Assembly (NCBI RefSeq): GCF_001306055.1
Contig: NZ_LGHJ01000027.1
Location: 4,044 to 36,043, forward strand
Length of the DNA stretch: 32,000 nt
From: Bellilinea caldifistulae
GTDB lineage: Bacteria > Chloroflexota > Anaerolineae > Anaerolineales > Anaerolineaceae
Reading direction: 5' to 3'
Below the pieces are notes generated by a model. The model was given only the letters and a program-made list of their open reading frames with translations, ran no database searches and was not told the origin of the DNA. This document shows, piece by piece, positions 6,360-14,500 of the stretch. The position numbers were made by a program, and so were the translations under genes. Within the stretch, counting starts at the first letter, position 1. Each line of letters begins with the position of its first letter.

Positions 6360-8269
6360 TCTTGCAATCGCTCTATAACTACTACCAGATTTTGCGCGAA
6401 GACCCCGACGTAGAGATTGCCGAGCCCGGCTATAGCAATGCCCCTGTCAGTTATGCTCTCAATTTATCTGAAAACGGTGATCTGCTAGACATCGTACCGC
6501 TGTTTGTCCCTGTTCAATCCGGGAAAAAGACAGTGGAGAGACCCCGCCGAATGAATGTACCAGAGCAAGTCAAGCGTAGTGTCAACGTTGCGGCAAATTT
6601 CCTGTGTGATAACGCTGCTTATGTCCTTGGGCTCACCGGAAAAGAAGCAAAAGACCCGGAGTATTCCCAAAAGCGATTTGAGGCTTTTCGGAAACTAAAT
6701 GTAGAAATTCTTTCTGGAGTTAATACCCCTTTAGCTCGTGCAGTGATTTCTTTCTTGCAAAAATACGATCCCTCAACCGCTTTACAGAATCCCGTAATTT
6801 CACGCCATCTGGAAGGATTGATGGAAGGTGGTAATCTTATCTTTCAGGTTGAAGGCAAGAATGTGCTGGACGACCCTCAAGTCAGGAGCGTTTGGGAGGA
6901 GTATAAAACCGGGCAAAAAGCGGCTGTCATGCAATGTCTGGTCACTGGTGAAATTGAGCCGGTTGAACGTCTGCATCCAGACATAAAAGGAGTTCGAGAT
7001 GCCCAAAGCAAAGGCGCTTCTCTGGTTAGCTTCAACCTGGATGCATTTACATCTTATGGCAGAGAACAAGGCTCGAATGCGCCCGTGAGCAAGCGGGTCG
7101 CATCAGGATATGGTGTGGCGCTCAATTATCTGCTTTCCAACCAAAACCCGAATCGCAAAATTTACTTTGGTGATACCACCGTGGTCTATTGGGCGGATGC
7201 GCCCGAAAAACGTTACGCAAGCGCTTTCTACTCTTTCCTGAATCCAGAATTCCAACAGGGGCAGGGGGAAGAAGAAACCGAAGAAACCAAAAGTGAGGAA
7301 AAACGGAAACGTGCCAAACAAGCAGAAAGAACGCTTGGCGAAGTAGCCGAATCTGTATGGCAGGTAAAAGCCATTGACCTTGCCGAGTTACACAAACAAA
7401 TTGAAAAAGAATTGGACAAAAACACGCGATTCAATATTTTGGGATTAGCCCCGAGCGCAGCGCGTTTGTCTGTGCGCTTCTTTCTCACCCAGCCGTTTGG
7501 CGTGTTCGCCGAACGCATCATGCAGCACTATGAAGACCTGCAAATCGAGAAGGAATATGTCAACCAGCCGACATATATCTCGCCCTATCGCATCCTTGCC
7601 GAATGTGTTTCGCCCAAAGTGACCTCACGCGATGAAGAAGTAAAAAAATCCTGGTCACTGTTAGGCGGTGCATTCATCCGTTCGATTCTCACGGGAACGC
7701 CTTACCCCGAAGGTTTGTACGCAGCCATTCTGAATCGTATTCGCCATGATACCGATGAATCCAGTGAAGGAGGAAGACAAAGAAGTATCAAAATCAACTA
7801 TATCCGCGCTGCCTATCTCAAGGCGCATCTCATCCGAAAGTATCGCCGTCAAGGCAATAATCCCTATCAGGAGGCTTTGCATATGTCACTCAATGAATCC
7901 TACACTCACCCGGCCTACGTGCTGGGCCGTCTGTTCGCTGTACTGGAAAAAGTACAGAGAGAATCTATTGGGACAACCATAAATGCCACCATCAAGGACC
8001 GCTACTTCACCTCTGCCTGCGCATCACCTGCCAGTGTTTTCCCAACGCTGCTACGGCTTGCCCATCATTGGACGGCGAAAGCCGAATATGGCAGCGTATC
8101 GGACAGAAAAATCCAGGACTTACTGGGCATGCTCGAGGCAAAACCCTTTCCATCGCGATTCTCGTTGGATGAGCAGGGCATTTTTGTTCTGGGCTACTAT
8201 CACCAGCGGGCTGCCTTCTACACCAAGAAGGATAATCATGCTGAGGAAACAAGTCAACCCGATGATTAA
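6356..8269 (+). CDS. cas8c: Cas8c (Csd1) large subunit
   Basis: 637 aa with the N terminus MILQSLYNYYQIL typical of Csd1. Sits between cas5 and cas7 and is translationally coupled to cas5. Confidence 0.9.
   Translation: MILQSLYNYYQILREDPDVEIAEPGYSNAPVSYALNLSENGDLLDIVPLFVPVQSGKKTVERPRRMNVPEQVKRSVNVAANFLCDNAAYVLGLTGKEAKDPEYSQKRFEAFRKLNVEILSGVNTPLARAVISFLQKYDPSTALQNPVISRHLEGLMEGGNLIFQVEGKNVLDDPQVRSVWEEYKTGQKAAVMQCLVTGEIEPVERLHPDIKGVRDAQSKGASLVSFNLDAFTSYGREQGSNAPVSKRVASGYGVALNYLLSNQNPNRKIYFGDTTVVYWADAPEKRYASAFYSFLNPEFQQGQGEEETEETKSEEKRKRAKQAERTLGEVAESVWQVKAIDLAELHKQIEKELDKNTRFNILGLAPSAARLSVRFFLTQPFGVFAERIMQHYEDLQIEKEYVNQPTYISPYRILAECVSPKVTSRDEEVKKSWSLLGGAFIRSILTGTPYPEGLYAAILNRIRHDTDESSEGGRQRSIKINYIRAAYLKAHLIRKYRRQGNNPYQEALHMSLNESYTHPAYVLGRLFAVLEKVQRESIGTTINATIKDRYFTSACASPASVFPTLLRLAHHWTAKAEYGSVSDRKIQDLLGMLEAKPFPSRFSLDEQGIFVLGYYHQRAAFYTKKDNHAEETSQPDD
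7883..8269 (+). CDS. cas11: probable Cas11c small subunit translated from an internal start within cas8c
   Basis: In-frame ATG at 7883 preceded by AGGAGG (7869-7874, 8-nt spacing). It would give a 128-aa product, MSLNESYTHPAYVLGRLFAVLEKVQ.... This matches published internal translation of Cas11 from I-C cas8c. Confidence 0.55.
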   Translation: MSLNESYTHPAYVLGRLFAVLEKVQRESIGTTINATIKDRYFTSACASPASVFPTLLRLAHHWTAKAEYGSVSDRKIQDLLGMLEAKPFPSRFSLDEQGIFVLGYYHQRAAFYTKKDNHAEETSQPDD

Positions 8270-8420
8270 TGTCATCGCAAGTGGTAAAGCGGCGAATCAA
8301 TTTACTTTCAAAGAGAGCGCTACCCTCGTATTCAAAACAAGTGAATTGGCCATCTTCCTCGGCAAGACGGAAAATTGTAAAGTTTTTTCAAAAAACCAAA
8401 ATAACAAAGGAGAATAACTC

Positions 8421-9287
8421 ATGACTACCCTTTCCAACCGCTATGAATTTGTTTTGCTCTACGACGTAGAGAACGGCAATCCGAACGGCGATCCTGATGC
8501 AGGAAATATGCCACGCATTGATCCTGAAACAGGCTACGGAATTGTCACCGACGTGTGCCTGAAGCGAAAAATTCGCAATTACGTGGAGATGATTAAGGGA
8601 GATACACCCGGTTACCGAATCTATGTCAAGGAAGGCATCCCGCTGAATGCCAATCACAGAGAAGCCTATCTTGCCGTTGGTTTAGAACCCGGCAAGAAAG
8701 CTTCAGTAGAAGGGGTAAACAAAGCCCGCGAGTGGATGTGCAAGAACTTTTATGACATCCGCACCTTTGGCGCCGTTTTGAGCGTTGGAGATAACTGCGG
8801 TCAGGTGCGCGGGCCAGTGCAATTGAACTTCTCCCGGAGCATTGACCCTATCGTTCAACAAGAAGTGACCATCACTCGCCTGACAGTCACAAGAGAGGAA
8901 GAAGCAGACAAAGAGCGCACGATTGGGCGCAAACACATCATCCCCTATGCCTTATACCGTGTTGAGGGGTATGTTTCTGCCAAATTAGCCAATGACCCGA
9001 CCAAAGGAACCGGTTTCTCTGAAGAAGATCTGCAACTGTTTTGGGAGGCGTTAATCAACATGTTTGAACATGACCGTTCGGCGGCGCGCGGAAAAATGGC
9101 AACCCGCAGATTGTTTGTTTTCAAACACGAGAGTGATTTGGGAAATGCACCCGCTCATCGGTTGTTTGAACTGATTCGGGTCAATAAAAAAGAGGGCGCC
9201 AACCCACCGCGCAGTTTTGATGATTATGAGGTGAGTGTTAACAAAGATGACCTACCCTCTGGAGTCACCCTAATTCCCATGCTCTAA
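8421..9287 (+). CDS. cas7: Cas7c (Csd2) backbone subunit
   Basis: N terminus YEFVLLYDVENGNPNGDPDAGNMPRIDPETGYGIVTDVCLKRKIRNYV is the characteristic Csd2/DevR-family sequence. AAGGAG SD lies 8 nt upstream. Confidence 0.92.
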   Translation: MTTLSNRYEFVLLYDVENGNPNGDPDAGNMPRIDPETGYGIVTDVCLKRKIRNYVEMIKGDTPGYRIYVKEGIPLNANHREAYLAVGLEPGKKASVEGVNKAREWMCKNFYDIRTFGAVLSVGDNCGQVRGPVQLNFSRSIDPIVQQEVTITRLTVTREEEADKERTIGRKHIIPYALYRVEGYVSAKLANDPTKGTGFSEEDLQLFWEALINMFEHDRSAARGKMATRRLFVFKHESDLGNAPAHRLFELIRVNKKEGANPPRSFDDYEVSVNKDDLPSGVTLIPML

Positions 9288-9301
9288 GCCAATTTCGAAA
9301 A

Positions 9302-9332
9302 CCCGGCTCCCACGTGGGGGGTGGGAGCCGGG
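9302..9332 (+). terminator. perfect 12-bp GC-rich hairpin between cas7 and cas4 (possible attenuator or RNA-stability element)
   Basis: CCCGGCTCCCAC (9302-9313) pairs with GTGGGAGCCGGG (9321-9332) around a 7-nt loop GTGGGGG. It is followed by GAATTTCCTTTT, only a weak T tract. Confidence 0.4.
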
Positions 9333-9356
9333 GAATTTCCTTTTAGGGAACTAGAT

Positions 9357-10025
9357 ATGCCCCGCGAATATACCTCCGATGACCTTTTGCCCCTTTCCGG
9401 CATCCAGCACTTCATGTTTTGCCGTCGGCAGTGGGCACTGATTCATGTCGAACAACAATGGAGAGAAAATACCTTCACCGCTGAGGGCAGGCTCTTACAC
9501 CAACGGGTAGATGATCCTTTCTTTACCGAAACCCGAAATGGAGTCATCATTGCTCGCTCGGTACCGGTTGCTTCTTACCGTTTGGGGCTTTCGGGTATAT
9601 GCGATGTGGTCGAATTCAGCGAGTCGGAAGTGGGTGTAAATCTGCCTGGCAGGCAAGGCACTTTCTTACCGGTGCCGGTGGAATACAAGCGTGGCCGCCC
9701 AAAATCCACCCCTGTGGACGAAGTTCAATTATGCGCTCAGGCAATCTGTCTGGAAGAAATGCTCTCGGTAGCCATTCCGGTTGGCTATCTATACTATGCA
9801 AAAACTCGCCACCGCACACCGGTAGAATTGACCGATAAGCTGCGTCAGCTGGTTGATAAGATCAGTGCTGAAATGCATGCCTACTACGAACGCGGATACA
9901 CTCCCAGAGTAAGAACTTCACGCGCCTGCCGTTCCTGTTCCCTGGCAGAAATTTGTCTGCCGCGCTTGCAAGAAAAATCCATGCCCGTTTCCCGCTATAT
10001 TCATCAGTGGATTGACCATGACTAA
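9357..10025 (+). CDS. cas4: Cas4 RecB-like nuclease with Fe-S cluster cysteines
   Basis: LSGIQHFMFCRRQWALIHVEQQW, DVVEF, VEYKRG and the C-terminal CRSCSLAEIC. I chose the ATG at 9357, because the GTG at 9321 lies inside the upstream hairpin. Confidence 0.9.
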   Translation: MPREYTSDDLLPLSGIQHFMFCRRQWALIHVEQQWRENTFTAEGRLLHQRVDDPFFTETRNGVIIARSVPVASYRLGLSGICDVVEFSESEVGVNLPGRQGTFLPVPVEYKRGRPKSTPVDEVQLCAQAICLEEMLSVAIPVGYLYYAKTRHRTPVELTDKLRQLVDKISAEMHAYYERGYTPRVRTSRACRSCSLAEICLPRLQEKSMPVSRYIHQWIDHD

Positions 10026-10028
10026 CCG

Positions 10029-11060
10029 ATGAAAACCCTTGCCAATGTCCTGTATATAACCACACCCGATACTTACCTCTCTCTGGATGGGGAGAACATT
10101 GTCATCAAGAAAGATGAGCATACCTCAACGCGGCTGCCCCTTCATAACTTGGAAAATATTGTCTGCTTCAACTGGCAGGGCGCCAGTCCGGCTTTGATGG
10201 GCGCCTGCGCGGAAAGAGGAATCGGATTGGCATTCCTCTCGCCGAATGGACGTTTTCTTGGGAGGGTGAGCGGCAAGATTAAGGGCAATGTTCTGCTTCG
10301 GAAGAAGCAATATCGAATTTCCGAAGAAGAGACCCCCAGTGTGCCAATTGCCTCATCATTTTTGGTTGGCAAAGTTTATAACAGCCGCAAAGTCATTGAA
10401 CGCGCCTTGCGAGACCATGCACTGCTGGTGGACAAGGTTGCCCTCTCCAAAGCTTCTTCATTCCTAAAGGAAATTTTGAGCGCATTGGTCACCTGCAAAC
10501 ACATTGCAGAATTGATGGCATTTGAAGGGAGCGCAGCAAAGATCTATTTTGGGGTCTTCGATCAGTTGATCTTGCAACAGAAAGATGATTTTCACTTTGT
10601 CGAAAGATCGCGCCGCCCGCCGTTAGATAATATGAACAGCCTGCTTTCGTTCCTTTACACCTTGCTGACTAATGAAGTGGTTTCTGCCTTGGAAGCAGTT
10701 GGACTGGATCCATACGTGGGGTTTCTTCATACCGAGCGTCCAGGTCGGCCTTCGCTTGCTCTGGATATGATGGAAGAACTGCGTCCCGTGTTTGCCGACC
10801 GATTGGCGCTTTCGCTGGTAAACCGCCGGCAAATCACTGCCAAAGGATTTACTCAAAAAGAAAGTGGCGGGATTTTGATGGATGATGAAACCCGGAAAAC
10901 GGTCATCACTGCCTGGCAGGAACGTAAAAAGGAAGAAATCGAACATCCCTACCTGAAAGAACGCATTCCCTTTGGTTTGATCCCGCATGTGCAAGCCCTG
11001 TTACTGGCTCGTCACCTGCGCGGCGATTTGGATGCCTATCCTCCTTTTTTCTGGAGCTGA
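10029..11060 (+). CDS. cas1: Cas1 integrase (I-C type)
   Basis: 343 aa with typical motifs: LYITTPDTYLSLDGENIV, RRPPLDNMNSLLSFLYTLL, LDPYVGFLH. Follows cas4 by 3 nt. Confidence 0.95.
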   Translation: MKTLANVLYITTPDTYLSLDGENIVIKKDEHTSTRLPLHNLENIVCFNWQGASPALMGACAERGIGLAFLSPNGRFLGRVSGKIKGNVLLRKKQYRISEEETPSVPIASSFLVGKVYNSRKVIERALRDHALLVDKVALSKASSFLKEILSALVTCKHIAELMAFEGSAAKIYFGVFDQLILQQKDDFHFVERSRRPPLDNMNSLLSFLYTLLTNEVVSALEAVGLDPYVGFLHTERPGRPSLALDMMEELRPVFADRLALSLVNRRQITAKGFTQKESGGILMDDETRKTVITAWQERKKEEIEHPYLKERIPFGLIPHVQALLLARHLRGDLDAYPPFFWS

Positions 11061-11093
11061 TGCGTAATTTGGTGATTATGGAAGAGGTATGAA

Positions 11094-11384
11094 ATGTTCG
11101 TTCTCATTACCTATGATGTCAACACCGAAACCGAAGCGGGAAAAAAGCGTTTGAGAAAAGTGGCCAAAGCCTGTCAGGATTACGGTCAACGGGTGCAGAA
11201 TTCGGTTTTTGAATGTGTTATTGACCCGACCCGTTTTCGGTTTTTGCGAGCCAGGCTTGAGAAATTGATTGATAAGGAAAAGGACAGCCTCCGATTTTAT
11301 TTTTTGGGCGATGAGTGGAAAAATCGGATCGAGCATATTGGAGCTAAGCCAAGCCTTGACATTACCGGAACTCTGATAACCTGA
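11094..11384 (+). CDS. cas2: Cas2
   Basis: 96 aa, MFVLITYDV...RLRKVAKACQDYGQRVQNSVFEC. Last cas gene before the array. Confidence 0.93.
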   Translation: MFVLITYDVNTETEAGKKRLRKVAKACQDYGQRVQNSVFECVIDPTRFRFLRARLEKLIDKEKDSLRFYFLGDEWKNRIEHIGAKPSLDITGTLIT

Positions 11385-11567
11385 GTATAGGGCAAGTGGT
11401 TGCGAACCTGAAGTGCACACGAAAATTCAGGGAGGTTCGCAGGAAAAACAGCACCTTAACAACAGAATATGGTAAAAGATTGATCGTTTTTCGGTAATTA
11501 TCGGGAAACCGAAAAAGAACGAAGCCAACATCTGGCGTTTTGGGGATTAAAACCGCCAGATGTTGCT
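11385..11567 (+). promoter_or_regulatory. CRISPR leader (183 bp) containing three hairpins
   Basis: Lies between the cas2 stop and repeat 1, upstream of the array in the repeat-defined transcription direction. The hairpins are at 11401-11441, 11487-11516 and 11526-11565. Confidence 0.6.
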
Positions 11568-14500
11568 GTCGCTCCCCCCACGGGGAGCGTGGATTGAAAC
11601 ATTGAAGCGTTGGAACAAGCAGAGGAAACTAGCCATGGTCGCTCCCCCCACGGGGAGCGTGGATTGAAACGCCTCTGGTGCGGAATTATCGAGATTGATG
11701 ACAGGTCGCTCCCCCCACGGGGAGCGTGGATTGAAACTCGGTGGGAGGGTATTTGTAGACTTTGCTCCTCCGTCGCTCCCCCCACGGGGAGCGTGGATTG
11801 AAACACTGAGTGGCTCGGCCATTGGTCAACCGCTGGAGTCGCTCCCCCCACGGGGAGCGTGGATTGAAACAGGTGGTTGGCGAATTTGAGCGCATGTCTG
11901 CGACTCGTCGCTCCCCCCACGGGGAGCGTGGATTGAAACTCCTCAAAGACCTTGGACGGAGACCGGATGCCCAAGGTCGCTCCCCCCACGGGGAGCGTGG
12001 ATTGAAACTACATGGCTGATACTCAAGCGGAGTTGGACGCGGGTCGCTCCCCCCACGGGGAGCGTGGATTGAAACTCAATATATTTGTGACAAAAATAGA
12101 GATATTGTCAGTCGCTCCCCCCACGGGGAGCGTGGATTGAAACGGGGTGACGAAGGGCGGAACAGGGTAAATCTGTAACGTCGCTCCCCCCACGGGGAGC
12201 GTGGATTGAAACTTACATGTCCGCTAGATGCGGACGGTTTCGTAGCGTCGCTCCCCCCACGGGGAGCGTGGATTGAAACAAAGAACAATCACTTTGAACC
12301 CGAACGGTGCTTTGTCGCTCCCCCCACGGGGAGCGTGGATTGAAACCAGGCTGCGAGCCGGTCGCGCCAACTGTCTTGGCGCGTCGCTCCCCCCACGGGG
12401 AGCGTGGATTGAAACACGTGTTCTAGCCATGGTTTTACCTCTTTTGGATGTCGCTCCCCCCACGGGGAGCGTGGATTGAAACTCAACGAGAGTAGCGGTG
12501 TCGCTTTCCGCCAGCGATCGTCGCTCCCCCCACGGGGAGCGTGGATTGAAACCAGGCTGCGAGCCGGTCGCGCCAACTGTCTTGGCGGTCGCTCCCCCCA
12601 CGGGGAGCGTGGATTGAAACTCAGCTGTAGTTGCGACTACCGTTAGGTTTTCCGGGTCGCTCCCCCCACGGGGAGCGTGGATTGAAACTACTCTAGCGTG
12701 CTTCCTACCTATATGCCTCCGGGTCGCTCCCCCCACGGGGAGCGTGGATTGAAACAATAATTATATGGTTGAAAGTGTTTACGGTTATTTGTCGCTCCCC
12801 CCACGGGGAGCGTGGATTGAAACTTGGAGCAAACCGACCCAGCCATAAGAGCCGCTCAAGTCGCTCCCCCCACGGGGAGCGTGGATTGAAACCCAGAAGT
12901 AGATTTTGGGATCTCCAACTTTACCTCGTCGCTCCCCCCACGGGGAGCGTGGATTGAAACAGAAGTTTCTCTTCAATTCTTTCGATGAACCCCAGTCGCT
13001 CCCCCCACGGGGAGCGTGGATTGAAACACTCCATTAGCCGTTGTAAAATTACCGCCAGCGTGTCGCTCCCCCCACGGGGAGCGTGGATTGAAACTCGAGG
13101 CTTGCAAACGACTTGAAAAGAGGTTGAAATGGTCGCTCCCCCCACGGGGAGCGTGGATTGAAACACTTCTTAAACCGCTTTGCCCACTTGCCCTCTTTGT
13201 CGCTCCCCCCACGGGGAGCGTGGATTGAAACCGTGCTGTCAAGTACTTTCTGCAACTTTTTAACTTGTCGCTCCCCCCACGGGGAGCGTGGATTGAAACA
13301 GGTGTGAGCAAATAATTCGCTCAACTTCCATCAGTCGCTCCCCCCACGGGGAGCGTGGATTGAAACCATGACGTGGTCGCTCACCGATAAAAATGCACTG
13401 TCGCTCCCCCCACGGGGAGCGTGGATTGAAACCCAAACGTCAACGCCGATCGTGGTTTTAGATAAGTGTCGCTCCCCCCACGGGGAGCGTGGATTGAAAC
13501 TTGTTCTGCGGTCGTATCCGGTTGTTCGCCTTTGGTCGCTCCCCCCACGGGGAGCGTGGATTGAAACACGAGTAATACCAGCACGGAGGATGCAGGGAAA
13601 GTCGCTCCCCCCACGGGGAGCGTGGATTGAAACGATTTGCTCTGGCGTAACAACCTCTCCCGTGCTTGTCGCTCCCCCCACGGGGAGCGTGGATTGAAAC
13701 CGGGAAGGAAGGCAAACTCGATTTTATTGGCGGCTTGTCGCTCCCCCCACGGGGAGCGTGGATTGAAACGCCTGCCTCCAATTCCCACACACCACCTGCA
13801 ACGTGTCGCTCCCCCCACGGGGAGCGTGGATTGAAACAGACGCTGTGAGGTATGAGATGGCTATCAAACTAGTCGCTCCCCCCACGGGGAGCGTGGATTG
13901 AAACTGCTTACAACGACCTGGTTGCTGAGAGCCGTGTCGGTCGCTCCCCCCACGGGGAGCGTGGATTGAAACTGGGTTCAATAGTACTGTCAGGTCTCTC
14001 GCAGTCGGTCGCTCCCCCCACGGGGAGCGTGGATTGAAACATCAATTAATACGATCGTCTCTACAGCCGAATATTGTCGCTCCCCCCACGGGGAGCGTGG
14101 ATTGAAACTGTCACAAATATATTGAAAAGTGTATACTAATAATCGTCGCTCCCCCCACGGGGAGCGTGGATTGAAACTGAGGGGATACTACCGGAATCGG
14201 AGGAAAGAACGGTGTCGCTCCCCCCACGGGGAGCGTGGATTGAAACTGTCGCCCCGCTGCCGGAGGACGGCGAGCGGTGGGTCGCTCCCCCCCACGGGGA
14301 GCGTGGATTGAAACGAGAAAATCAAAGCCGGACTGGTCGGCTCGTCAGAGTCGCTCCCCCCCACGGGGAGCGTGGATTGAAACGTGTAGAACGGCTCGAA
14401 CTCAGCGATGTAATGGCGGTCGCTCCCCCCCACGGGGAGCGTGGATTGAAACTTTGAGAAGAACTTTTGCTACAAGACTTTTGACCGCCGTCGCTCCCCC

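Noticed and set aside
9321-9356. GTG-initiated 12-codon N-terminal extension of cas4.
   Set aside because: The GTG lies within the 3' arm of the 12-bp hairpin, and the extension (MGAGEFPFRELD) is not part of conserved Cas4 N termini. The ATG at 9357 gives the canonical start.
11538-11553. TTTTGGGGATTAAAAC in the leader as a degenerate extra (zeroth) CRISPR repeat.
   Set aside because: Only the last ~12 nt resemble the repeat tail. The 5' two-thirds, including the stem, have no match, and the following 'spacer' would be only 14 nt. I kept it as an observation within the leader finding, not as a repeat.
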